From Catajapyx aquilonaris (Eukaryota), in NCBI GenBank assembly GCA_000934665.2, contig KZ538192.1, forward strand, positions 1-64,000: DNA of 64,000 nucleotides, read 5' to 3'. The position numbers and the translations under genes were made by a program. Positions 24,231-36,803 of the stretch are shown here, piece by piece; the stretch's first letter is position 1, and the number at the start of each line of letters is the position of its first letter. The notes under the pieces were generated by a model that made no database searches, was not told the DNA's origin, and saw only the letters and a list, made by a program, of their open reading frames with translations.

Positions 24231-24469
24231 AATGAGAGCATCACTCTCTGGGTGATGGGGGTTGCGGGGNAGGGGGGATAACGGGGGAATTACAAGGTTG
24301 TAGCGAAAGTTGCAAGCTCCTTTTAAAATATAGGTTGCTTCTTGACTGAGGAAGAACTGCCCAAGAGATGGGAACACCAGGGCATTGCGTTGTGGAGAAC
24401 AAGACCTACAACAGAGCGAGTTTGTGCCATTGGTAAGGTTCAGTATCCATCTTATAACAACTTCAAAAT

Positions 24470-24680
24470 CTTTCCTTGGGCATTCACAACATTGTCAATG
24501 GCGAAAGAATTTTTTTCACTCACAGAATTCTACTTTTACAGACACAAATCTTGGGGAGAATGATGTCCAGTACTTCAAGAAGGATTGCCGTATGAATCCC
24601 GAGAGATTCGACGGACTGCTAGGCGAATGCCAGGAGAGCTACTACCAGTCCAACAAGTTTGGCAGGAAGTCAATATGATA
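24470..24680 (+). mobile_element. Decayed PIF/Harbinger transposase N-terminal fragment
   Basis: Peptide ENDVQYFKKDCRMNPERFDGLL resembles the D...F...(F)RM....FD.LL motif of Harbinger transposases. The match is short and has no TIRs. Confidence 0.45.
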
Positions 24681-24902
24681 TTATATGTATGTGTAGTATA
24701 CGCCATAACCTACTGGAGCCTTGCAAATATGAATCTACATCCCGATAGTATCTGCCAATTTTAAATTGCAACATTACAGTGCATAAATCAACGCATAGTT
24801 TTATCACTGCAAATATCTGCTGATATCCTCTAAGTCTAAGGACAAGTTCATCTGGAATAAATCCATTCTTTGATCACAGGTGTTTATTCAATATTAATAA
24901 TT

Positions 24903-24961
24903 AAACTGTAGCTGTAGTGACCAGCAATATTTATTATTGCTGGTCACTACAGCTACAGTTT
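24903..24961. repeat. Perfect hairpin with a 27-bp stem
   Basis: AAACTGTAGCTGTAGTGACCAGCAATA, loop TTTAT, TATTGCTGGTCACTACAGCTACAGTTT. Confidence 0.95.
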
Positions 24962-26510
24962 TTGATAGTTCAACTTATGTGCTTATCAGTGATAATGTCG
25001 CGGACTCTCCCGCTTAGAGTTAATATTCCTGAATGTGACTTTTTTTTGTTTGTTCAAAGTAACAGAATGTTCACTTTACCTGTTCAGCCCCTCCGCAATT
25101 CCTTCTGTCTTTCCTCTTACCCTTCCTCCGCTTTAGCGTGCCAACATTTCTGCCGTATGTAACGTCAATAAATATGAATCATACGATAAATAAGCAATCA
25201 TGGAGAATTGGATTGTGATATTCGTACTTGTACATAAAACAAAACATCGCGTAGGACAAATAATGTGCGTTGTAATTTGATCCTTATGCTTTACCTTAGA
25301 TGTACAGTATAAACATAGCCTTCTCATAATGGAGTCATCTCCTAACTTTACGTCATCTTGACTTACATCGTCGCTCTCGAAATCGTTTAGTAGATGTTTG
25401 TAAGTAACTGAAGGGTGACTTGGTTTTGTTTCTCACGTTATGTAACTTATTGCAGTTTTTAAAATCATAAGTTACATCAGAATGATCCAGTTGTGAGGGA
25501 TGTTAAGCTTTCTTCCACAAAAAAGAGCATGCATGTCTCTTAGTTTCTCATTAATTTTTGCATGTAAGACTCGGTAATAGTCCCGATAAAACCGATATTG
25601 TAAAGTACAAACTTATTTCAGCAAGATAATTCCAGGGAATGGGGTCCTAGCCTTGAACTGGGATTTGGGAAATCTGTACACAAATAGCTCAACCATACAT
25701 GTAAACATGCATTCCACCACTTTTCTGCACCAAAATATCATACCTCGATAAATTATCGCGGGTTTAATGGTCACTCCGAAATTGGCGGGAAAAAGGTGGG
25801 CGTGGCCTAAAAAGCGCATTTCCACTCCTGCCTAACAACACTGACGTCGGCAGACCGCCGTTGCACCTGCTTTACTTGGCGGTCGTTCGATTTAGTTCGA
25901 TTCCGTTGCTAGGGTCGCCAACAAAGCAAACAAACAAAGGAACAAAATAGCCCGAGTGCGTTCCTGCCTCTGCACCGATATGTTTCGCTACAGTAACGTC
26001 AGAGGGCAATGCGATACCGTATAATTAATCTGATTTTAGATCGATCGTAGTTCGAAAACTAATGCGTATTTCCTCAAACAAAAAAGACCTAAATTCGTTT
26101 AAAAATTAGGACGATTTTTACTTGGGTTCGAAAAATGTAGGCTAGGACACCATTGGAGCCTATGAAGTGGGGCCGGAGTGTGTAAGCCATAAGCCAAGCT
26201 GGCTCAACGGCAGAATTAGAAGTGGTGAAGTAGAACTCTTATGCTAGAGCCCACCAATTTTCCTGAAGGCAATAAGAAATTTACAAGCTAAGAATGCACA
26301 CGAGTGCCCAAGCAACAACAGAGTGGCTTGGAAGCTTGCCAACCCATGTGCATAATGGCAGAAGACAAAACTTTTATTGCGTTGTACGTTCAAAATTATT
26401 GGCAAGCCATCATGCCGGTATAGGGTGTATTCTCTGCGCATTACTTTAGTTATGAAAATCAATATAAGATCAGTAAGAACTGCAAATTATAACAACAATG
26501 ATCGCATATA

Positions 26511-27466
26511 CAGGGTGTTCCAAGTTCATTAAAATCGCCCGAAACAGTTTCTCTAGAATAGGGCACCTGGCTACGGGCGCAACAAGCTACCAAAAATATA
26601 ACAGCATCGAGTAACCTTCTATATCAATAAAGACGTTTGTGAGTCTGTCTGTCTTTCGGTCTGTCTTTCTCTCTCTCTCTCTGTCTGTCCGCCCACCAAT
26701 GCCATCTGGATGCGGTCCTTCTCCCGCCTGTATAACCCCAACCGTCATTTGCCTGCCATCTGTGGTCCATCTGCAACACCTCCAACCTCTCCCTGCCTTC
26801 CTAATCCTAATCTATCAATAAAGACGGATGTGATTCTGTCTGTCTGTCTGTCTGTCCGTCCGTCCGTCCGGCACGCCAACCATCTCATTCGCCTGCCGTC
26901 TGTGGTCCGATTCCTGCACCTCCAACATCTCCCGTCCTTCCGACCCGACCAGCTCCCGGACTCTACCTCTACGTTCTTATCTTATCGCCTGCCGGGGCGT
27001 TTTGCAGGGTGCTCACCTGAGAGCGCCATGAGACCTTTCACGGAGCTATTATGTGGCGACCCTACCGGACTACGCTGAACTTTATAGGTACAAAAGGGAA
27101 GGCCTACATGTGGGCCCAACATGGCCGCCCGACCATGTTGGGTCCCCCAATGTCGCGCTTCCCTTTTGTACCTATAAGTTCAGCGTAGTCCGGTAGGGTC
27201 GCCACATAATAGCTCCGTGACAGGTCTCCCGCACGATGGCGCGCAGGCGAGGTGTCGATGTGTCGATGTGCCTTTGCCTGTCTGGAGCCGTTTGTTCTAT
27301 GACTATGGACCCGGCCTTCCTAAGTGTCATGGCGGCTCTCTGTGCGTGAAAATTTTTACGGGGCTACAGGTAGGTGTTATCCCTTCATTCATTTATTCCC
27401 GGGCAACGCCGGGTATCGCAGCTAGTTTCCTATAACTAAAAGCCCTCACGAACTTGTAACACCCTG
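26511..27466. mobile_element. Tc1/mariner-type MITE interrupted by a Helitron
   Basis: TA|CAGGGTGTTCCAAGTTC ... GAACTTGTAACACCCTG|TA. Confidence 0.65.
26618..27425 (+). mobile_element. Non-autonomous Helitron
   Basis: 5' TCTATATCAATAAAG followed by (CTGT)n/(CCGT)n repeats. 3' GC-rich hairpin CCCGGGCAACGCCGGG, then CTAG|T. No TSD. Confidence 0.8.
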
Positions 27467-27582
27467 TATATATCTGATTTGAACATAAATTCCTGCATGG
27501 CAAAGTTCTGAGAATTTTTTTTATTGAAGAAGACAAAATTTTGTCCGTAACTTGGCGATATTTGTATCATATGTAGGCAACA

Positions 27583-27585
<3 letters not shown>

Positions 27586-27638
<53 letters not shown>
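27586..27638. repeat. (AAT)n microsatellite
   Basis: Tandem AAT units. Confidence 0.95.
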
Positions 27639-27640
<2 letters not shown>

Positions 27641-28849
27641 TGTAAAGTTTCAATTAAGTATCTGGCAGAATTACCGCATGAGTAATATTGCTGTTTACTT
27701 TTACATTCTGGCAGTCGTGTAGTGGCAGGTACACTAACATTCTTGGGCGTTGGGCATGGAGTAATGAAATATTTCGGTGACAGTGCGTGACTTATTACGA
27801 TCAAACGTGACCTAATTTATTTCTGTTGTCAGCAGTAATGTGTTAAGGGAGTGCGTTTTTCCATCGTATTCTGAAATTTTCATGACGTGTTTTTGTTCCA
27901 TTCTGCTAAAAAGAGTTTTCAAAATTTTGGCTTAAGTAAAGGAGGATGCAAGGACTTTTTACGCTGAAAGTCGGCCTATATTACAGTACCGCACTCCATT
28001 TCCTGTACTTTATTGCCGACGGTGCATTTTCTAGTGTGTGTGTAATTCACAGATCGTCCTTCGAGAAAATTGACTAGGGCAGAAAACGCAGCCATGAATC
28101 TTTACCCTTTCGGTTATACAATCTGTACCTGATAGGATAATCCTATCCATTGATCCGGGCGTGGAAAAATAGTGGAGACGATATTGATTATGGATACAGG
28201 CTGCAAGAGACGGTATATTGCAATTTTTTTGTGACCACTAAATTTTCCTTCCCATAATTAGGTTTCAAACTAGATTTACATTGTGTTTAGAGCCAGCCCG
28301 GGAGGAACTTTCTCACAAAGCACGTTGGCCTTTTCGACGTTCGTTCTCTGCGTTGTGGCTAAAAGTTTCAAAATGTTGATGACATTTTTCTTTTTTTATA
28401 TGCACAACTACCTGTTTTACCAACTGCAGCCATGGAGAAATGGCCGTTTTATGATTTCTGAGAATTTAGGGGAAAATGTTCACTACAGTATTTTTTCAGA
28501 CTGTTTGCATGACTTCATAACCAGAGTGATTCCTCGCCACCTGAATTACCGTATACAGTATGCATTATTATGAAAATGTGCGTGTACAGATTAAAATAAC
28601 ATGTGCTCTCACTTAACATAATCTTTAAGTTGTATAATAAAATACGGTATTATATAATTTCTTCTTTTGATATGCCAATAAATTTGCATAATTATTGAAA
28701 GGGTGATAATAATGGTAGATTCAGGTTAGACCTTCTATTAACTTTTGTCAGATTAACACTTTAATTTATGGAACCTGTTCCGTTATGCGCCTGGGTCAGT
28801 GGTGCCATGGAGGGAAGATGCAGGTACGAGAGCAATATACTGTGTATGA

Positions 28850-29027
28850 CGGATTTAGTGCGTTCCCTTGGGTGGTTATTCAAATGGAAATCCCGTCCGA
28901 TATGGATTCGGAGATGACCCAACTCCTCACGCATGCAAAAGGGAAATCCCGTTCATCTGGGTTTGGAATTGAACCGGGGACTTTCTACCAAAGACGAAAA
29001 TGTTCCCTATGCGCCACTCCTCCTCCC
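28850..29027 (-). mobile_element. Degenerate tRNA-derived SINE remnant
   Basis: The minus strand reads GGGAGGAGGAGTGGCGCATAGGG...CCCCGGTTCAATTCC, with A-box/B-box spacing. The 3' boundary is uncertain. Confidence 0.4.
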
Positions 29028-30037
29028 AATTGGATTTTACTGACCTTATGAAAAAAAACTTTACTCTAAGAATGTGAAATTTGGTGTAAGAATTGGAATT
29101 CAGCTTTAAGAAACTGCTTTTTGAAAAGTAGGATCTTGACCATTTCTATACTTTAGGGAAAAATACACGTACGTATATTTGGATACCCTGAACTGTTTTC
29201 AATGCAGTCATTTGAGTCATTACCATATAATGTACATTAATTTTATCTACACGGCTTTCAAAAATTTCCAGTGCCATGCTCAGGATTACGAAATTCACTC
29301 GAATAGTAGCAATAGCAAATAAATGTCCTTCCGTACAAAAATGCGAAGAATGGCAACGTCCATCCAAACCTGCTGATGGATTTGTTGTCCCCAAATATGA
29401 GACTTGTCCGGAGTACGCGTATCCTGCACTGTCAATATGTTTGACGGACACGTTTGATTCGCGATACCACCTCTTATCTGGATCTGAGCGTCGCTGGTTG
29501 ACACGGATCCGGAACCGCGATAGGGAAGCTTCGACATTCTACTAATCCTTGCAGCAGTCGCGTGTGGAATCCGGATCTGACAGGTTGACAGAAATGTCAG
29601 GTGGGATAAGGAATCCAAACCATCCTGGCATAGCCCCAAAGGGCTCTTGGACACCCGTGAGGGGATTTTCCCCAGTAATGAACAGCTCCTCGAACGTCTG
29701 TTTCTCCCGCGAAGACATAGCAAGAAATATTTGCAGCTTGGTCTGGGCAAAACCGATTAATTATTCCCCTCAAGGGTCTGCTTAGAGGGTAAGCGGTGGA
29801 ATGGATGCCAAGCATTTGCGTGTTCCGGTCACGACGTCCTTCTTTCCTTCTTATTTCTTTTAGCCCCGGCTCTCTGGAACAGCTTCTCCAGGACAGTAGA
29901 GCTTGAAACCTTACATCTGTCACACACGTGCATTTGATTTCCTCGGCTTCTCCCGTCCGTTGCTCCGGAATACGAGCAGTGAACGAGCGGCCCAATCTGC
30001 ATGCAAAATGCAAGCCTTGTCACCCGTGTTTCTCGCG

Positions 30038-30048
30038 CTCTCTCTTCT

Positions 30049-30112
<64 letters not shown>
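30038..30112. repeat. (CT)n/(GA)n microsatellite
   Basis: About 75 bp of CT repeat. Confidence 0.95.
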
Positions 30113-30114
<2 letters not shown>

Positions 30115-30418
30115 GGAAAAGGGGCTTCTGGTGTGACCTAGGCTATACTCCATATCTGAAATTGGACCTTCTTGGCGTTCCCTGGAGAGCCTAGGACCAC
30201 CGTTGCGCAAACCTCAAGAAAAGGGGGACTGCAGGGATTGTGGAATCAGGAGTTTCGCCTTTACGCTGGCATCTAGCTAACTTGCTGGTAGTGTAAATAC
30301 TCATTTTACAGCTAATTCGGATGTGCACAGAGACGCCTCCAATTATTGGGTTGAGTAATCATACCCCCAAATTATTTGCATCTGTGAAATTAATTGTTAT
30401 GTGCTGGACTGTATTATT

Positions 30419-30580
30419 AGAATGAGTCCCCGTTATCCACGGTTTGAAAAATAATATTAAATTAACAATAAATGAAACATTATGCATTGTTATAACTATC
30501 TTACTTTATTGTTAATTGTTATTGTTGATGGCAAAATATGTATAATTTATTGTAACCCGCGGATAACGAGGACTCATTCT
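30419..30580. mobile_element. Small MITE-like inverted repeat (pogo/Tigger-like motif)
   Basis: AGAATGAGTCCCCGTTATCCACGG versus CCGCGGATAACGAGGACTCATTCT. Confidence 0.5.
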
Positions 30581-30581
30581 T

Positions 30582-30627
<46 letters not shown>

Positions 30628-30670
30628 AACTACTACTACTACTACTACTACTACTACAACTACTACTACA
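30582..30670. repeat. (ACT)n microsatellite
   Basis: Tandem CTA/ACT units with occasional CAA variants. Confidence 0.95.
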
Positions 30671-32940
30671 ATGGTGATGTACGTCATATTTGACATTTTA
30701 TTTAAAGTAGTTTTTGAAGGCAGGTCAAGCAAGTACGTGTGGCAGCGTAACCCGCGCTGCTATGTTTCCTGATTACGGAATGAGCAACACTCAGAATTCC
30801 TGGAACATTATATCGGAAACAGATTAAAATAGTATTCCGGCTTTCCAACGAGGGCGTGTTTTGTAGCGTTTCCAATGGGACGGAAGTGTGACTGGAAACG
30901 CAATCTGTGCGTGAATGGAATAAAATGTGGATCTGGAAATATCAGAAGGTTTTGGAAAGTAAAATGAAGGATGATCTTACCACTTTGATAGTGAGGGCGT
31001 AATGACATCACGTCGATCCACTTCCAAGTGGAAGATGTTGAATAGAGGCTAATTTAGCTTTTACCAAGGCCTCCTTTGTTTTCTAGAGTCGAAAATAACC
31101 TCATCTTGAACGTCATTCCAATCTTCTCCTTTCTATCTCTGCAAAATGGTTTGGGGGCAAGAGTCGAGCAACGGCCGGGGAAAAGGGCTGCACTTAATTT
31201 CTGTGCAGTTGGTGTCGGCCTCAAAACGAAAAAGCTCCTGAATGCGCCTGGATTTGACACTTCTCCGGGCAAGCCGTTGACTTTTCCGTATGGGGCCACT
31301 TCTCCCAAATTGTGCATTCAGAGGGAGGGTGGCCTGGAAAACTTATAATCGAGGTATCTCCATTTACGTCATAAACGCCTGCTGAGCACCATTCGCCAAG
31401 GTTTGCCCTGTTTCTTTGTGCCATTTAATTACCATGGAATGAATTACGATAGGGAGGCAGTGTAAATTGCTCTCTCTAATCCTAGCACTGCAGCTATAGG
31501 CCTACTATATTTGCTGAACCTGTGTCGTATTGCTCACCTTGCTCAGTGCTATACCTTAAGGAACTACAGTATCATTTTTCTAAGACTGACCTATTATGTG
31601 AATACTGGTTTCCTTTACGGTTTGTAAGTTCAGTCGTTCCTTTTCAAAGTGAGAGGTCCAGTTGGGCCCGGTGCATCATTTTAAATGTGGGCCTACAGTA
31701 TGTCTGTTTAATATAAAATTATCAGAAAACTGTATCGCAATAGAGTTTGAGGAACAAACCGATTCCGTATGTTACATCAGCCAGTAGATAGATACCTTGG
31801 CCCAGTAGCAGTCTATACATGTTGGTAGCGAGGAGGAAGGGGGGTTTGTCATACAGGCGATCGATCAGTAACACAGGTACAGCGGGTGCAACGGTGCATT
31901 GATGCAAATTAACTTCTTATAGTAACAGTGTTAAGATGGCTTGAAAGTGATATTTCGCTCCACGGAGTTTGTGTTGAGAAATTACTTCACGGGTGTTGCT
32001 TTTGTTGATATCATAAGACAGGACGTATCGTAGTTTAATTAAATTGTTCCGGCACAACCTAAACTAACATGGAAAAATTACTAATTTTAATTTGTCACTG
32101 TCAGTTCTCAGACAACCAATACATGCTAATCTTTTGGAATTACCGATTTTAATTTCACCACCACCTTCATCTACATGAGGAATCAGTCTAATGAAATCGC
32201 AGCCATATTCACTACATAGCGTGTGTTTCAGAATTTATCTTATATGGGTATCAAAAAATATACTTCAGATAAACCCATTAACTTGTCTTGCTGACGTCCT
32301 GAAGGGGAGAAGAAAGAGAAGGAGGGTTCTCTTTCGATTCTTCTGACCAGGAAAAGTTTGGTAAGTTCAGAAATACGGTGCGCAACATTTCAACTGATAC
32401 CAATGTGAGCTAAACAATTAAACACACGGTAGAAGCATTGTATGGGCATGTTCAAAATAATGTTCTGAAAGGGCGTTTACCTCAATACTCGAGTGCAGAT
32501 TAACTGCAGCTGCACATTGCCCACAATTGCTATTAATTCAACCGGAGAATAGTACTCACCTGACAAGCCTTTGTCATTTCCATTGTTGATCTGTACTTCT
32601 GCGCTGTGAGCAATTCTGGTCACGTTAGAGCAGCTTTATTTTCATTTTACATGGGGCTTATGGAGCTTGTAGGCCAGGCCCCCAGACCGATTTGACCATA
32701 AAGGCATCTAAGAGTATTTAACAATTAATGATATAATCATTATTTGTGATGCCATTTAGAAAAGCTGACAAAGAACTTGGCAAGTAATTTATAGAGGGTG
32801 TTTCATAATGATTCCGGCAAACCAGACAAGAGTATCACTTCATGTACAGGTGCCATTTGAAATCCGCTGCTTCGTTAGTGAGATAATGATATGCAAACAC
32901 AAAGTATTTCATGTTCTGTCAAGTATCCATCTCTCTAAGG

Positions 32941-33240
32941 CAGTGCTTCCCAATCTTTTTAGTTGGCGACCCCATAAAATCGACTCTCCAAAATTCGTGA
33001 CCCTAATTTCCAATTATGAAACTCATCAAGCTCTATCACGGAGTAAATACGTAAAATAATAAATAATAAAAAATAACGAAAATCATCGATAAACTATTGT
33101 CGATTAATTTAATTCCTTTGTAACTTACCTTATGAGCATAATTTTCAAGAGAGATAGAATCACCTTGTGAAAATAATTTTTTTAATCCTCCCTCGCGACC
33201 CCAAATATTATGTTCGCGACCCACGGTTTTGGAAGCACTG
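32941..33240. mobile_element. hAT (Charlie-like) MITE
   Basis: TIR CAGTGCTTCC / GGAAGCACTG and 8-bp TSD CTCTAAGG / CTCTAAAG with a central TA. Subterminal GCGACCC repeats. Confidence 0.8.
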
Positions 33241-33672
33241 CTCTAAAGGACGTAGACCTTTTCATATTTATATTTTAGATGGTTCCAAGCAAGAATGATA
33301 GCAAGTAAGACATGCATAATCTGTAGAACACCTATTACGCCTGGTCATCTGATAGTATAGGTGCAAATGATTCTCGTTTGATAGATTGTGAATCAATTTT
33401 AATTATTTCGAGTTCTAGCCGCCTTCTATGGCTAGTTGAAGCTTGAAAGATTTGAAAATTCTAAACAATCTGACCCCTGAGCCTCAGCTCTGTATCCCTT
33501 GCTTGCAACCTTTTAACTACACAAGAAGAGCCATTTGTACCAAAAACAGTAACGGACCAAGCAAGCACTTTTGCTATAACTCTTTGAACTCAAGCTTCAA
33601 TATCATAAGGTATAGTCTGACTGAAGCGATAGAAGTGCCATATGCTGCATCCATGACACAGGAGATGATATA

Positions 33673-34947
33673 CCGTAAAGTGGGGCTTCTTTGTACCAAT
33701 TTTTTGTTATTTTGGTTAATATCTTCCTTACTATTGCAGTTTCAAACTTTTAAAAATTATGCTCCATTCTTGAACATCTTAGCAACACTTTTGCACTATT
33801 GCACCGAAGCAGTTTGGAGGAGGGGATATGGTGTCCGACTGCTAATCGGGAGGTCCTGGGATCAAATCCCAGGGCCGGCAACTCTGACCGTGGTTTTCTG
33901 TGGTTTCCAACGGTCCTTCCAGGATAATCCCGGAGTTGTTTCCGTAATTAATAGGCCACAGCAGCTTCCTTCCGTCCCTATATCCCATCCCAAAAAGCGC
34001 AGTAAAATGAATGCAAAGAGTTCCAGGCAAAACAAACTTCTCTCCTAAAGAGCCGATGGCTGATAACGGGGTATGAATTAATTATTGTTATTAATTATTT
34101 TGCACTATTGTTCGTGCAGGGCAGATTATATAACACTGTGCAGAAGATGGCGAAGTTGGACTAAAGTAGCCCCATGGGTGGGGCTACTTTGGTCCAGTAT
34201 GATGAACCCCTTGGAAAAATGTCCGTGGTTGAATTAAACCCCATTGAGTGTAACATTGGTCCAGATAATACGTAGGCAAAGACATGTGTGCATCTTGGAG
34301 ATGTGAGGTCCCTCGAATATAATTCAAAACAGCAGTAGGCTATATTGGTTTGAATAAACGACATTTTAAAATGATATTTCGTGTGAATAATCATAATTAT
34401 ATATTAGTACAATTGCTACTGGTACGGTACTACATTGGTAATGGCATGGAGACACGTTTTGAACTTACTGACTGTATCCAGAGAGCCCAGTTTATCATGG
34501 CCATAATGTACAAGGAGTCTTAGGGCTTCTTTGATTCACGAATATTATGGACCAAAGTAACCCCATCACGTACAGCTTTTTTGATTTCTTTCCCCCCACA
34601 CAATTCCTGATAAGAATTATTTCTTTACTTACATATGCCTGGAACGGGAACTAAATGCACTACAAATCCTAGCATGCTAAATGAAGGTGACACCTACACG
34701 TGCTGCTGCACCGGTCTTAGCAATACGGACTTCTTGAAAACACGCGCCAAAGTGACTACTCGCACAAAGCGGAAAGTAGCCCTCTGCTGGAGGGCTTACA
34801 AACTTCGATGAATGAAAATATCTTTACCACAGATGCACCAACCATAAGTGATTCTGACTGTGCTTATTACATGTAGTTACGGTAGTATTATTACCTGCCA
34901 TTTTATGCATGGACCTAAGCTTGGACCCAAGTAGCCCCATTTTACGG
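33673..34947. mobile_element. pogo/Tc1-superfamily non-autonomous element carrying a SINE
   Basis: TA|CCGTAAAGTGGGGCTTCTTTGTACCA ... TGGACCCAAGTAGCCCCATTTTACGG|TA. The TIR motif recurs internally as a palindrome at about 34158-34196. Confidence 0.7.
33802..34097 (+). mobile_element. tRNA-derived SINE, family A, tail type 1
   Basis: Family consensus sequence. 13-bp TSD TTTTGCACTATTG at 33789-33801 and 34098-34110. Confidence 0.9.
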
Positions 34948-35243
34948 TAATGCTTTCTTTAATTAATACTAATTATCTCAGTCACGTTGTGGTGAAAACA
35001 AACTGACACCTCTACATACAGTGATCCGCTGATGGCACAGAGCATTTTACCCAACATTACATGAAACACGTAGCCAACCCTCTACAGTCCACACACTGAA
35101 AACAAATGTTTTGTTTCAATAACCAAGCTTTAGTTAATGCCAACTAATGGAGGGAAGCCACGAATTTAGTAAAACTATAAATTCAGCCGAATCGCGCTTT
35201 ATGTTATGTGTTATTTTTTGTCCAGATTTCAAAACATGCATAA

Positions 35244-36803
35244 CACTATGCAACAAAATTTGACTTTTATTTGTCCATGGAAATTCATCGTCATATTCGT
35301 GTTACTTAGGTCACAAGTAACTCATAATGGGCATTCATTTGTTTTTGATTTGTTTTTGACCTCGGGGCAGGCAAAAAATCAAAGTCCTCAAATACAGGGT
35401 GGACCAACTTTAAGTGTCGTTTTATAACGGCGATTAATAGCAGTGATTTTGCGATGATGTAGCAGCGACGTGTAAAATGTCCCACTTCGGCGCCATCGAA
35501 AATATTAGCTGCCAATAGCAGCACACATGCAATCAACCCTGCTGCTGGGTTGACCTGGAAAAAAGGAGGTGCCCACATGACCTGCGATGCGCCTGGGTGA
35601 AATGGGTGACGTCCAAGGCACCACATGGACCATGGACCTGTAATGAAAGGGGAAAGCCTGCAAACGAAACACAGCTAATATTTTCGATGGCACCGAAGTG
35701 GCCCATTTTACACGTCGCTGCTACGTCAATCGTAAAGCGCTTCTATTAATAGCCGTTATAAAACGACACTTGAAGTTGGTCCACCCTGTATAGCAGTTTT
35801 TTCCCTATCAGGTGGGCCAAAACGTTGCTAAACCCTCTAGGATTTTTCTGAAAATAATCACAGCTGTACACACCTATGCCGTAACACTGCGTATTAAGTT
35901 TCAGCCCAATTGCGAAATACTGTGGGGAGGGAAAAAATCTCGAAATTTTGAAAATGGGGTCTTCTTTTGGATAATTTTTTCGGTTATTGGAAGTGGTCAA
36001 AACCCAATCAACATATGCATCAAATGAAAGAGAAACGCAAGTAGAATGCGGCTATGGAATTTGTTTCTCTAAAATGCACTCAGAAAAACATTATGGCATT
36101 CCATCTGTCACATGCTCAGTAACATGTCCAAGTGTTTAGACCCCAACAATTAGTGATGTATTTGAGTAAGAGCAGCCATATTTGGTGACAGGAGTTGTGA
36201 CTCATACAAGATTCAATACATGATTCAATATGTTCAGTTTCAATCCTGGGTCATGCATGACTCGCGAGAAAATAGTAGATATGTTTGCCGAATTACGTCT
36301 TACCATTAATTTTAATGGAGCGAAATTCTTGGACATGTGACTGATGATGAAATGCCACATACGTTTTTCTAGGTGCAATTCTCAGAAAAACAAATTCCAT
36401 AGGAACGTTTTACTTGCATTTCTCTTTCATTTGATGTATATGTTGATTTGGTTTTGACCACATCCAATAACCGAAAGAAATTATCAAAAAAAAATATCCA
36501 ATTTTCAAAATTCCGCGATTTTTTCCCTCCCCACGGTATATTTGGCTGAAACTTGATATGCAGTGTTACGGCATAGGTGTGTACAGCTGTGATTATTTTC
36601 AGAAAAATCCGAGATGGTTTAGCAACATTTAGGCCCACTTGATTGGGAAAAACTGTTATATTTTGAGGACTTTGGTTTTTTGACTGCCCCGAGGTCAAAA
36701 ACTAATCAAAGACCAAATGAATGCCCATTATGAGTTACTTGTGCCTATAAGGAGCATGGAAATAGCAATAAATTTCCATGGACAAATATCGTGTTGCATA
36801 GTG
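35244..36803. mobile_element. Large long-TIR fold-back DNA element, related to 20894-23446
   Basis: Ends CACTATGCAAC / GTTGCATAGTG. The arms mirror each other over several hundred bp once the nested MITE is removed. It shares GGGTCATGCATG..TCGCGAGAAAATA and GAAAATAATCACAG with the intron-3 element. Confidence 0.8.
35395..35788. mobile_element. Tc1/mariner-type MITE, long form
   Basis: TA|CAGGGTGGACCAACTT...AAGTTGGTCCACCCTG|TA with TIRs of about 115 bp. Nested in the left arm of 35244-36803. Confidence 0.88.

Noticed and set aside
25133..25400. Minus-strand Cys-rich peptide RRLCLYC...ICPTRCFVLC, resembling the piggyBac C-terminal domain
   Set aside because: The spacing is imperfect and no upstream DDD core was recognisable.
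33443..34048. 201-aa ORF
   Set aside because: It runs across a DNA-element end and a SINE, so it is a composite artefact.
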